The position numbers and the translations under genes are program-made. The notes beneath the pieces were generated by a model, which ran no database searches, was not told where the DNA came from, and worked only from the letters and a program-made list of their open reading frames with translations. A DNA stretch of 61,412 bases, the filler included, from Choristocarpus tenellus KU-1152 (lineage: Eukaryota > Protista > Phaeophyceae): assembly GCA_964200185.2 (NCBI GenBank). It is 7 parts of 7 records of this genome, joined end to end, with 100 filler letters (N's around TTAATTAATTAA, not from the genome) between each part and the next. Parts side by side here need not be neighbours in the genome. Positions count along the whole stretch, not along the records: positions 24,322 to 41,968 come from CAXNAD020000640.1; 6 more parts are not named here. The stretch is one strand, 5' to 3'. Positions 26,474-39,930 of this stretch are shown piece by piece. Each line of letters starts with the position of its first letter. Within the stretch, counting starts at the first letter, position 1.

Positions 26474-29400
26474 TTCCTGTTTCGAGAGAGCGACATTGGG
26501 CCACCCAAAAGCACAACAGCTGCCCTAACGGTTACGGTAATGAGCCCATCGATCAAGGTTCGTCCATACGAGGCCAAGTGGGGGGGAGAAACGGAGGAGC
26601 TATGTAGTGAAGACTTCTACGCTAGTTTGTCGGTGAGAAGTGGAGTAAATGTATCTTAGAGGGTAGAGCCGCGTCCGTTTGGAACCAAAATCCAAGTTGC
26701 GATTTCGATGTAACTCTGGCTATCGTGTTTATTAGGAAGTGTCAATATCCTTGTTCTGGACACACCTTTTCATAACGTATACATTTCACCATCTCCGAAA
26801 TATTTTGGAGTAGGAAAATGTCCTAAAAAAAACCCAAGGGAAGCCAAGCCCCGAATAGACAAACAGGGCAAAACTCGTACCCTCTAAGGTACTTTCACTC
26901 AGTGAGATCCCCCTTTTTGATTATCTGAATTCATACATGATGCACGTTTTTGTATGATTGGAATGTTTGTGAAGTGTTCGAGAATGCATGGGTGAATGTG
27001 AAGCGCGTTCAAATCCAATTGGATGTTTTCTTTTACGTTGATGGCCATGATGTGCAGGAGTGAGGTGCTTTGATCAAGTTGGTTTTGTGACTTTGACATT
27101 AGGTAGATGCAAGTGCATTGCTCTAATGAAGCCCAAGCTGAGGTGAAGATGGTGACGGATCTCTTTGGGTTAAGTGGGACTATTTCTGTTCTTGTCTTCA
27201 TTCGTAACACTCTTAATTCAGGCCTCTAATTGCACTGGGCAGCTTTTATTATTTCTAATCAATTACACATTCCTGTTGCAGAAAATTACCTGCCTTTTCA
27301 GGGAAACATTTGGCATAGTTGTAAATGCTTATTTACTCCAAGAATAGATCGGTTACAGATCAGCAGCATGATCAATGTTTTCACAGTTTCAACAAGCGAT
27401 GGACAGAAATTGGTGCTTTGAAGTTCCTGTAGAAACTGTGCTTTGCATTAAAATTGTCAATTGCGCACAGAGTACTTGTGAGAAAGGAAGGCACTCTCGA
27501 ATCCAAACAATATTTAAGGGTGTATATTCATTCCTTTCATGAAGTCTGCTTCAAATTTCATCTGAGTGTCGTACATGTCATCCATTTGTCTCACCTCCTT
27601 TGCTTGTTTTACCTCCAGGGGATTTGCACAGCCTTGGACAATGTTGAAGCACGATTGTATATGGATCAGAGGTGAGGAATGCATGTATGTACATGAAACA
27701 GTGTTCCTATTTGCTCTAAAGACACGTACCAAGTATCATATTCTGTGGTGTCCTTGAGTCCCTCATAAAATGTTTTTCTGTTAGTAATGCACCCCATTGT
27801 TTGATTAATTGACTTCTACCTTGGTCAAATGACGTTAGAGCATGTGATGCAAGATGATATGGTGCACGGAGGTGTGTGATTATATATGTGTGGCTAAGTG
27901 TATACTGATACTTGCCTACATGATGTCAACAGTTATGTGTGTATTGCATACTATCATTCTCGATGTTGATGTTTGATGCCTTAGGTGTCTCTTCTACCGG
28001 AAGCCAATGCTGGAAAGTGGAACACTGGGGGCGAAAGGAAATACACAGGTACACCACACACTCTGCTTTGCACAATACTTAGATACCAAGTAGTGTTCTA
28101 TTTAACTCAATGTTGAGTTGGTGCGATTCCATTCCTTTGGTGTTTTGTTCCTGAAGTATTGCTTTACTTATCCTTAGTTGGTCCTAAGCTGTAGTCCTAT
28201 GCATCCTGTGACTATCTCTTCCATTTGTTAATGGACGAGGAGTTGAGAATCCTCATTCTTCTTACTCTACATGCTCTTACCACAGATATGTTGTTCCCTC
28301 TGACCTTGTCCGTGTGTGCCTGTCAGGTAGTTGTGCCATATCTGACAGAGAACTATGGTGCGAGTAGGGACCCTCCTGAGAAGAGCATCCCTGTCTGGAC
28401 ACTCAAGAACTTCCCAAATCAGGCTAGACATTCTCTGGTTTCTTTGTAGACTGTACAAGAGGGGAAGGTTTTATGTGGTCAAAGTGTAGGAGTTGCATTA
28501 GAGAGTCAGAATTAGGATTGGTGTATTGAGGGAGGCAACAACGGACTTGGATTCTGTAAGAGTATTTTGAGTGTTGGCACCATTTTAGTGGTCAATAGTT
28601 CTCAATACGATTGTTGGCAAATTATTTTCGCACCGTGTGCTCATGTTACAGAGTCCTGTCCAGCAGGATTCAGTTTGTTTGACTCCCACCCTCTCGTCCT
28701 CCTATCCTGAAATGATCACCTTGATCAATAAAGAAAAGACCAATTTGTAATAGTGACATGTTTTGTGGAGGCCTATCATAAGATTTCTGAGGGTTACGTC
28801 ATATGTGCAAAAAAAGCACCCAAATTGATAATCTTAACACCTGGAAAGACTGGAAGCTTGAGCTTTCTCTGTTATTTCTCAAAGTGTTTTGGAAGACTTT
28901 CTCGACTTCCACTCTTCTTGCTAATATTAATACTGCCAAGTACAATTCAGACTCTAGCGTGTGTCTTATGGTATAGTGTGTAAGAGTCCTGACATTGCTC
29001 TGTTGTCTTTTACTCCTCATACACCAATTGCCCCTATTATGAACTCTTCCGCAATATGTCCCAGGCCCTAGAACTCAAAATATGCTGCCACTCTTTATGT
29101 TGAAGAGTATCTTCGACAAAGATTAGTGAGTAGTGGACATCATATTGGGCTATGTGTTGCTTTTATGTATCCCCGTTGGTGAAATCTATAGCTGAAGCTA
29201 TGATATGGTCTCCTCCATACCCTTAGTGCTGTCTTATTTTTGTCTCAAGAACTGACAAATTTGTGTGTGTTGTCAAATCTTTCACTTTAGTCTTGTGTAT
29301 GTAGACACACCGTCCACTTCAGTGACTTTTATTTTTTTATTCCTCAGTACCTACTATTGTTTCAATCAACTTCACAGTACAGGTACCTGGCCATATTTCC

Positions 29401-32400
29401 AGATTGAGCTCTTTATGCTATTGTGCACTTATTTAGCACTCATTGTAAGTGTGTGCAAGGAGTCTGTAGATGATAACCTCTCTGTTGTGTCCAATTTTGG
29501 GGGTGGGATGGGGGTTGGGTGGTGGTATGCACCTTTCTACTGGGGAACACACAGATTGAGCACACTCTGCAGTGGTCAAGGGACTGGTTTGAAGGGTGCT
29601 TCAAACAGAATGCTGAGGAGGTGAACAAATATCTCTCAGACTCAGACTATATGGTGTACCTTAACACACACAGCACAATACCAAGCTGGAGACACTTACC
29701 AGGTATGTCGCCACTTCAACTAGGGGGAGGGAGGATGAAGTGAATGAAGTTGACAAAGGCCTAACATTGGAGTGGAAAGAGGGACAAGGACAAATTCAAA
29801 CTGAAAATGGTCCCAGGCAGATGGTAGAAAAACAGAAAGAAGGTTGCTATCCACAGATTAACACATCCAGTTGTACAGTAAGGTGTCACATCAAGGGAAC
29901 AGAAGGGGGTATTCAGAAGTCGTGTGTTGTGCGTGGTACCTCTTTTTGTAACTTATGTTTCTCAAATATGTCATTTCTGTAACCCCTCTACTGCCCTGGA
30001 TAATAAAATGTGTATTGCTTTGTGGGGCTTTGCTTTCATATCCCATAGGGTCTCCGAGTCAGTTGGATCTGGCAAGCCCACTAGCTTTGAGGACTGCATT
30101 GTCTGGACAAGAAGACAGTTTAATGAGATTGCACAGGTACTGCTCAAGTACTCTGCTATATAGACTATTTTTTTGTTTAGATTTGCCTTGCAGATGGGAG
30201 TGGGCTGTATTGTCCTCTAGTTTTAGGTACAAGAAAACTCACTCATCCGTTTTTTTGCTTGACTGATAAAATCTTAGTACCTCTGTAGTTTGTCTATTAC
30301 TGTACAGGTTACATATTATAGCCTTGTTGTGGCAGTGGGAAGGAAAAGAGGTTGTCTACGTTGCCTGGTTAGCCCTTTACTTCTATTTTGCATGTAGTGC
30401 CTTCTGCTGGGAGGTTGGTGAGCTTGGGGAAAGGGGATAGCAGTGAGTGTTGCCTGTTGACACTCTATACTTATCCTTTCCCCTTTTTGTGAGATCTGAA
30501 GTCGCACCAATCTATCAGTAAATCTTCATCCTCCTACCAATACAAGAGTGGGAATGCCATCTGTTGGAAAATATCACTGAAGCTGCTGCCCAAACAGAAA
30601 ATATAGCATTTGCTCTAGTACAGTGTATAGTCAATGATGGAAGTAACAACTGCTCGAACCAGGTAGCTGAGCTATTTAATACTAATGCAGTGCACACAAA
30701 AAAATAGTGATCCATTCCCCTTGAGCTCATGCTTGTTCCACGAGGTATACAGAAAAGTATTTTATTCAATATTTTTATTTCTGTGAGGAACAATTGTTTC
30801 GCACAGCCTGCATTGATTAGAGAATATGCACTCTTTCATTTCAACAGTCTAACAAAGACATTGATTCGTTTCTTGGCTCAGATGATATTGTTGACTGAGG
30901 GCCGCCACTCCACTCTTTGTCAGTGTGCTGTTCCCGGGACCTAGCTTCTGTCTCCAACCTCCATGTTAGTTGAAATGTTGCATACAATTAATGTTCAGGA
31001 TGGCAAGGATTTTTGAAATGATGCCGTGGTCAATGGGAGGCATACCAATTCTAGCCCTGTGACTGCATTTTTTATTGCACCCTACTTTCCCATGGCAACA
31101 GTGCCCTCCAACCCAGGACGTCCTCAATATTGACAATATATGACGTGTTGACTAAACAAGAACCCTTTGTGATTGATGCTACTGGGCTTCTATTTTATGT
31201 TGAATCCCTGTGCAATGGTGTTGATGAAGTATTTTCCGTTTCAAGACTCAGCGTCTGCTTGAAACCTTGAGATAGTTTACATTGACCTTTTAAATGGTTG
31301 ATAAAAATCATTTTGATCCATTTACATTTTCTTCCCTCTTACCCTCAAAAACAACTTCTGTCTCTCACCACCTACAGCTGCTCCATAACTTTCCATCAGA
31401 CAGCCTGACATCATCAGGCACCAAGTTCTGGTCTGGGGCAAAACAACCTCCAAATCCATTGGCATTTGACGTGGAAGACCCTCTCCACCTGGACTTTATC
31501 ATTGCTGATGCCAACCTCCGCGCTGTCAACTACGGCATCAAAGGCTCCATGGTAACAATAAACACATTTTATGTTTGTTCGTTTTGTCCTCAGAGGCATG
31601 TGAGGTGTGAAGGCGGGAGGACAATGTAATATACCCTCTTTAAAGTTGGTGTTTTGTGTTGTAGAGTCGTGCTTTTCTTGTGGGTTATTTTAGGTGATTG
31701 GATTTGTGAGCTTAAATCCAGTTCTGTTGGCATTGCACAATGCCACAGATGGGGGGGGGGGAGGTTAGATGATCTTGTGTACTTGGTCCAATGATATGTG
31801 GTATGAACTGAACTCTTTATACCGTTGGTGGTATATATTTAACTTAGGGTTAGGGTTGGGGTATTTTTTTTGTCTTGTCGAGTCACGGAAGACTTGTAGG
31901 GGAGAGGGTATGTTTCTAAACTATATGTCTGCTCAGGCAGCATGTTAAAGGTTTGTTTCGTGTAATGATGTTTGACTATGATATTTCTAAGAGGGGACAA
32001 TACTCAGTGGTATGATGCAAGTAATCTGATATTCAGTGTTTGCAAATACCGAAGTTAGATCATAGCAAGCACCACCCACTAATATATCTGTGCTCCAGGT
32101 GATGTGTCCTGTCAATTATATAGTGCTTCTCTCATGAAAAGGCTTGAAGGTATGGTTAGGTGGTAATGGTTTGTGCCTCCTGCCGTATATAGTAGTTTAC
32201 CCTATCCTATCCTCTTTTGTCATTTTGGTTAACATCGATATATCTATGGTGTGCTTCTGTTGCCTACTTATTTGCCTTGACCTGTTCTACTCAATTCTTC
32301 TCTTGGCAACCTGTGTAGCTCTTGCTCTCTCACACACACAACACTGCGCATCCATCCCCTCCCTATATGTGCAACATATTGATTTATTCCTTAATTTTAG

Positions 32401-35400
32401 GATAAGGAAATACATGTACGTGTCCTGAAAACATGGGGTCAAGATTGCCACAACAGATGCTGAGGCCAAAGAGCAAGAGGTGAGATGAGGGCATACTGAC
32501 TCATTTCAAAGAGAAGGGTAGAGTGTAGGGGATGCTTTTGTTTTATTTGCTAAGTATGATGTGAAGGAATGATGTGGTTCTGAAATTGAACTTGCAAGTG
32601 GTGAGGTAGGTTTACATTTTGAAGGACAGGAGTGTGTAAGTAACACAGTACTGTTTTTAAAACAGATGTAAATGGTGAGAAAATTGGGATGTAAGAGTGC
32701 AACACTTAAGTAAAAGAACAACCCTCCATACATCTGTGCCATCTCCTTGAGTCTTCCGGAAGATAAACCCACTGATGAATTGCTATGTCAAAAGCAAGAG
32801 CCCTCTTGGAGGCACTACCATTTTTTCTCGAGGCCTGTGCAATCCCTCTTTGGTTTTAGAGTGTTAAGTTCTCTGAGCGTGAGGATTTTGGGGAATTGAT
32901 AATCATCCATTCACGACATGACACCTGCAAATAGCAGCCCCCTTTTGCAGATATTGTCACATTGCACTCAATATCCAAAAAAGGAGAATATTCTTTGCTG
33001 TTTTCGTGTTGCGGATTGATGATGATCAATTGGTCAAGAGTCTCTTGTTCAGAAACCTACAGTGGAGAAACCAAAGGGGGAGAAGGGGGTCCAGAGCAAA
33101 ACTGGACGTGTTTAAGTATAGCACTAATAATTCGTGGATGCGTGACAAATCATAAAGGTCAAAGTCACCCTCGAAAGTGACCCTGGCCACCCAACACGTG
33201 TGAAGATGTCTATTGAGGTTCATATCATTTTCTTGTTTGGAGGGGAAGGGGACTGGGTTCTTTGCTTTAGCCTAGGATTCTCCACTTGTTACTGACGGTA
33301 GTAGGTCTTATGTATTGGATGTAAGGACTTAACCAAGATGGTATCAACTCTTTTGCCCTCTGTTCTCTCCTCCCCTATCAGGGGTCATCTAACACTCTGG
33401 TGGACATTGATGAGCAGTGTGGCAAGATTCTGGAGAGCTTGCCTAAACCCACTTCCATGGCGGACTTCAGGTGTGTTCTATTTGAGTTTTATATCATAGT
33501 TTTTACAGCATCTACCCTCATCTCATTTCCCGAACACTCCCACGCTCAAGCTATAGACCCAGCAGGCAGTAGGTGTGTGGCCACCTGATAGAGATCCTGC
33601 CTGTTAAGTTGCTGGGCTGAAGATCCTCTTCTCTCCAACCCCATCGCTGTTTGCCTTTCTCTTGTCCCCATTGGCCTTTGCCATGGTGTTGTTGTTTGTA
33701 ACATTGCAGGCTGGAGGTGGTTGAATTTGACAAGGATTTGGATGAACACATGGCCTTTGTGACCGCTGCATCTAACCTACGAGCTAGGGCTTACAAGATC
33801 CCTGAGGCAGACATGCATCGATCGAGGCTGATTGCGGGGAAGATTATCCCAGCCATTGCAACTACCACTGCACTGGCAAGCCCTAAACCTTTCCTCCTAA
33901 ACCCTGCCCTGTGTTTCCCTTTTTTAGAGTGTAGCATGTGTTACGATCAAAGGTATCACTTGGTGGCACTATTGAAAGGATGGGATTGCAATTTTACATG
34001 AGTTGATTGGAGAATCCCCACCCAATTGTGAAACCTTTTTATGTTGTCCCTTGGTGGAAATATTGAAAGCACCTTACTGAGAGGGTGGCTTAGGTTAGCC
34101 TTTTGTTATTGCTCCCTTCTGTTGAGGCTTTCCCTCACCTGAGTGTATGCTCGATCTCCTGTCATTCTGAGTGCCTGGACTGCATATGAACTGCATTCCT
34201 CAAAACAGTATATTGCCTAGTACAAAAGATCTTTTTGTGGGGCTTTTCAGGTAACAGGCCTTGTGTGCATGGAGATGTACAAGCTCCTACTGAACAAGCC
34301 ACTGGAGTCCTACAAGAACTGGTTCCTCAGCCTTGCCCTACCCCAGTTTTCATGTGCTGAGCCACTCCCACCAGCAAAGACCACAGTAGTCATCAAGGAG
34401 GAGGTATGCGTTTGCCAACTAAATGCTGCAACTGATAAGCTCTTGATGTGTACCTTCATGTGTTTGTTTGTGTGCGGGTTGCTTTTTGTGTTTTTACTTG
34501 ATTTTAATCTTTGTGTGAGTCTTGAGACCATGTTTTGTTTTTCAATTGTGCTGTACTATTAGCAAGCATGAAGTGGGGTTTTAGTACAAAGCTTTTCTTC
34601 CATATGTGTTAGTTTGCCTGGCAGTATTTTATCGAAACTCAGTAAGTGTTGACATTGTTCAAGGCAGCACCTTCACACATCCTTCAGCACAAGCTCACTT
34701 TAGGAGGATTCCATTATGTTGATCATATATAGAGTGAACCTACTCTGTGTGTGATGTAAATTCCTTCACTATGAGGCCATCTCTTCAGTCAAAAATTGGA
34801 GTCTGATTTGTCTCCATATTTCCTTGATTGTGCAGGAGTGGAAATGGTCTGCATGGGACAGTCTGGAGATCGATACAGCCGACATAACCCTGGAAGGCTT
34901 GTTTGAGTACATGAAGGATAAGTACAACCTGGAGGTGTCTATGCTCAGCTACGGCGTTTCTATCCTGTACAGTTTTTTTGCTAACAAAGAGAAGATAGCG
35001 GTGAGTATGTTACATGTTGATACTGTTCTCTTCTCTTGTTGCAATTATTGCATGAAACATTTACTTGAGAGGACACTTTACTGTCTCATACGTCATCACT
35101 TCCTTGTCCTGAAACAAGGTAAGTTTAGGAAAATGATCTGAATAGGCAAGGGTAATACTAGGGTTATGCTTTGCATTGTTCAAGAGTGATTTATCATACG
35201 GATATTTTCCATCTGCTCTCGGATGTAGCTTGTAAAGTAGCCCTTTTCACAGTGCTGTAGAACAGTAGGCTCCATAGAGGGTTCAGATGTATTACTCCAT
35301 GCATTGAGTGGTACAGTGGATACATTCATGAGTTATTGATGAAAATGTAATTCTTTGACTGTTATCTTGTTGATGGAAATATCAGTGTTGGGGACTGAGT

Positions 35401-36565
35401 GGTTGCAATGGCACATGTGTGAAAATAGCCACATGCAGGGAAGTGTTATGACATGGCAGGATTCAGTTATTTATTTAGAGTGCGTGTAAGTTTTGTACTT
35501 CACACCTATTCATTCTAAGTAGAATGCTCTGAACCCTCATTTTCACGTTGACACCTAACATCTGTACAGTCTGTCGGCTCTTCTTCAAGCTGCAGTTGGC
35601 GACATTGGTCCATTTGGATCTAATTTAGATAGTAAAGCACAAAGACAGATTAGGTTGATGTGGTATTATTTGACTCTAATGAAGACCTTCAGATCATGGA
35701 CAATACAATCGAGTGCAGGGAAAAAGCAATAAACTTATGGATATTGTAACTTCCTATACTATACAGGATACGTAACAGATAAGAAGCAGGTCTCAACAAA
35801 ATTAATATATATATTTTTGAATGCTGTACAAAACTAGGTTGAGACTTGAGCTGTTCCTATGCCACTATTTCATCGTTGAACACTCGTCTGTTGTCTCTGT
35901 GTTACTCTCTGTACAGGAACGAATGAAAATGACCCTTCCCAAAATTGTTGAGCTAGTGACGAAAAAGGAGATACCTGATTTGCAGCGGTATCTTATCTTT
36001 GAGGTAAGGGAGTGATAGTGCAGTAGAGGTGGAATTGGGAGTGATAGTAGTGTGTTTTATTTTAGAAGCTGTGGTTTTCTGCTGGGACAGTACGATGTAA
36101 TGTTGCGCTCCATGTCTGCATCTCTACGGAAGTTAGAAAAATTAGAGAGCCGTAAGTAAAGAACACTGTGAGTCGTCAAAGGGAGGAAGTGTTATGCAGA
36201 CTTCTTTGCTGTAACTTGTGGCTTTGTGATGACCCGAAGGTTGTGTGTGTTTTGTCAGCCTTCAAATGCAGTTTATGTCATTCCGATGAGTTCCTGTGCT
36301 GTTATCAATTGGTTGTTTGACGATGTATTAATGAAGTTAGTGATTGTGTGACCTTTTAGAACTCATGTTATAGTGGGCATCGTAGTACTCCATTGTGCCT
36401 GTGTATCCTCTTCTGTTTTTTTTTCCTCTTGAAACTGCTTCTTTGCATATCTATTACCAACTGTATGATCACGGTACTCTCCTGCCCGACCTGAAGGTGT
36501 GCGTTTGTGATGTTGACACTGGCGATGAGAAGGAAGTGCCATACATCCGCTTAAAGCTCAGGTGA
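26474..36565 (+). pseudogene. UBA1: Ubiquitin-activating enzyme E1 (UBA1) C-terminal half; non-processed, apparently inactivated copy with 14 exons
   Basis: Exons 26474-26632, 27619-27671, 27985-28048, 28327-28422, 29555-29702, 30049-30136, 31378-31551, 32401-32479, 33382-33470, 33710-33875, 34251-34403, 34836-35000, 35917-36003, 36497-36565. Motifs: [64 protein letters not shown]. Lesions: catalytic motif reads [11 protein letters not shown] (TGG at 28396-28398 where Cys is expected); frameshift in the AC run at ~29663-29671; deletion plus frameshift at ~32434. Confidence 0.85.
26643..26900 (-). mobile_element. ~258-bp MITE copy 1 (Sola2-like), in a UBA1 intron 10 nt downstream of the exon end
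   Basis: TIRs GAGTAAATGTATCTTAGAGGGTA / TACCCTCTAAGGTACTTTCACTC. 4-bp TSD AGTG at 26639-26642 and 26901-26904. Internal sequence is the reverse complement of copies 2-5. Confidence 0.9.
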
Positions 36566-39500
36566 TAATTGTCACATGGGTGAAAAGCGCATGGGTGATG
36601 TATGGAGCTAAAATGGCAAGATTATGACCAGGATTGAGGTTTGTAGGTAGCATGGCAGCACAAGAGAGGAAATTGGTACACTAATTTTATGTATTTGCAT
36701 TGTTTTGTTTTGATTGTCTGAGCTGGGTGTGATGCTCCAGTTGGTGGGATATTGACATTTGGGAGAGACGGCCTCCCTGCCTCTAAGTACAGGTTGAGTG
36801 TCGTCCTGTGTGTTGCTGTGGTCAACCAAAAAGGTACCCTCAGCTCTAGTCTGTTGAGAGGCAGGGTAGTGTTGATAAGTTTTGGAGAAACATGGCATTT
36901 TCGGGGAAGTGCTGATGCAGTTTGTCTGAGGTCTGTATTGATTTGTTCAAGCCATTTGTGCCAAAACACATGTTGCTGATGATGTGCATTGTCACTCCAT
37001 TATAGCTAGGCCATTCATATGCATCACCAAACCATCACACGATTTTGCTTTCCAGGCATTTGAATTATTTGTGGTTCAATCAATGAAAAACTGTGGCCAT
37101 GTCAATGATGGTATGTCTGTGTAGCATATACCCATCTGTTACAGGATGCTTGTTGTGTGTCTACGTATCCAAAAGAACTGTAGTTGAGTTGAAGATGGAA
37201 ATGGCATTTTGTTCAGGCACACCCATACTTCAGAGTTTCATCAGTAGGAGGTCTAAGCAAGTCAAGCATGATAATTGCAAATTCACTCCAACAAGAAGAT
37301 ATACAGAGAGGGAGCTTATTGAATATCCTGGAGATCGAAAAACTCGATGTTATTTTGCCCCACGTACCACACTCCTTGAAAAGTGTTAGGAGTACATAGT
37401 GCCATCAGAAGGTAGTACGTGAATGACGAAAATGATGATGCCCCCAGCCTTGTGAATGCAGTGCTAAATCAACTGACTACCTCGCTACCCTTAGATCCAA
37501 CAGTGAAAAGGAGAACCAGTAAGAAACAATCACAGTGATGATTGATTGGATGTCATGTGGTTGGCAGAATTGACAATTCTTTTAAAACAATATATATACA
37601 TGTGTTAATAGAAGGGCATGTCCTATTCTTCCTGCTGTTGCGACTGCTGCTGATGATACTTGGTGTGGACGGCCGTTACTGATGATACTGCTGGTATCTG
37701 GTATGATCAAGTCTATGCATATATCTGCACATCATGTAAGCGTTGTAAGAAGGGTAGACAGAATAGCATCACCAACAGGCAACGCCAGTCACTATTGTTG
37801 TAAGAATCTCTCCAGAGTATTATGTACTCTGAACAGGGCAAGTATGCATGAATGATGATGTTTCTGTGTGTAACACCCCAAGGAACGTTGACCACTTCCA
37901 TATTTGCGGGCAGAGTTCATACCGTGTATCGTAGACTACAAACTCGTCCCCTCACTTGTTGTTTGCACCCCTCTCCAAGAGACCACCAATCAGACAACAT
38001 CACACCCTTTCGAGCGAGGGATATGGCGCAGTCATGCCTCAGACTCTAATAGCTGTAAAATGAAACCGATGAAACGGTCTATCTCGTCTTTGGAAGGAGT
38101 GAAGATTTCTTTCGTACACAACTACCGTAGGGGACGAGTGTTGGGGAATCAGTGCACGAGTGGCCGTTGCAAGCGGATGATGCACATGCATACGGACTCA
38201 CGTCCATCCTATACAACACACACAAAATCAGTATCGTCAGTGGTTCGTAAAAAAAAAAAAAAAGAGTTCGAGTTGACAAAAAAGACGAAAAACACAATAA
38301 TAATAGATGACACCAAACTTTGTGGCGGTTTCAATCTCGGTTCAAGCGTGGAACCAAAGTTATTCAGAGGGACAATGGCGAAGGGAACCTGGGATTGTGG
38401 GAGAGGGACAGGTAAGGGAACACCATGGAGCATTGGGAATGGTCACCACCGTCACGATCGCCACCACCGTAGGGGTGGAGGGACGGCGGGGTCGATTGCA
38501 GGGCAAGGTGAGTGCAAGGTGGGAAATGCAGGGCGTCTACGAGGCTACAGGTTTCAATCAGTGTCCCAGTCAGATGACGGCTCAGAGTATTTTTTCCACG
38601 TTCCTACAATCTCTAGACGGCGTGAGGTCTTGGGGTCTTCTTGCAGTTGAACTTCCCCGCCTTGTTGAGGCATGAGGTAATTATTTTTTTTATTGCAATG
38701 TGGAATTGAACTACAAGTTGTCAGGGCTCGTGTGGAACCGAGACGTGTCTGTATTTGTCTCGAGTTGCATTTTCCCCTTCAGAAGGATTATTTTAAGAGC
38801 GAAATTCCTTCGATCCACCCACAGCTCACAGCAGATCGGTGAATAAAGCCTCCTCCTTGTTACGGAAGCAATAGGTAGGGGTTGAGAGGGCAAGAAAGAT
38901 TGAAGTTGAAGGGTCGGTATTGTGGCTTTCAACCACGTACCGATGGTGAGTTCTATAGTGACCGGTGGACGCATGTGTGTGGGTAGTAGCTGCACTTTGA
39001 AATGATTGGTTGGCTTCATAGGCTTAGAGAGTTCAATGTTTGATTGGTATAGTCGATGCGGTGAAGAAGTTGCGTCATCGAACTTTCAGATATGATGGCC
39101 ATCCTTGCATGCGTTGTTGAGGCTGAATCGTTGATAAACTTGACGACCTTACGTAGACATAGAATATACAAGTCGATTAGAATAAGTCGAAATGACACTC
39201 GAAAAGCCCCACACGATACATTGGTTCACCTCACACGCGTAAGCGGGGGAGACCTCGACATCTATTCGTTAGGTACCTTGGTGGGCAGACACCTTTCGAG
39301 CGACTCACTGGAAAGCCATTCATCTACGATAGGCTGGGAGTCTGGAAGACAAGATACATACATATATACATCCTATCACGTTTTGCCCATGGATATGTTG
39401 CAGATGTAGCATGTAGAAAAAAGGAGAAACTATAACAAAGAAAAACATTTAAACATACGTAACAGCAACAGAGTCTGAGTGAAGTAGAAAATCAGGTGCC

Positions 39501-39739
39501 TTTAACCGGAATTGTGTCCTTCCAGTGAAGAAACAAGAAAATGAAGTAGCTCATGATGTAGGTGAATTTGTTGATTGAGCTGAAACCCTGTGAGGATGAT
39601 TGAGAGGGGAAGAAGAGAACCGTATGGGGGTGGCAGAACGTACGATCATGATGAGCATTGTGTGTTGGCCTCACGCTCATAAGGATCGATGTGTTGTACC
39701 GAGGCAAAAGAAGAGGCATCACTCCTTATCATCTAGAAG

Positions 39740-39838
39740 AAGTTGATACTCCACAACATACAAAGAAGTTCGAAATAGTCTATGCCGCTCAAGTTGATAC
39801 TCCACCACATACAAAGAAGTTCGAAATAGTCTATGCCA
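39740..39838. repeat. Tandem duplication, 51-bp unit x2
   Basis: AAGTTGATACTCCAC(A/C)ACATACAAAGAAGTTCGAAATAGTCTATGCC occurs twice. Confidence 0.85.
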
Positions 39839-39930
39839 CTCTTATTGGTCCCTCATTTCGATTCTCCTGCCATGAAGGTTTTTACCCTCCCTCCACTTTG
39901 TCAAAAAACATGTGTTGATACATCTGCCAG

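Noticed and set aside
29663-32440. Mutually compensating frameshifts rescuing UBA1
   Set aside because: The two shifts sum to a multiple of 3, but the shifted frame hits TGA early in exon 31378-31551, and the catalytic Cys is lost regardless.
1-36565. Proteostasis gene cluster (Lon, clathrin light chain, UBA1, plus Sec61 further on)
   Set aside because: UBA1 and Sec61 are on different contigs from Lon, joined only by artificial linkers.
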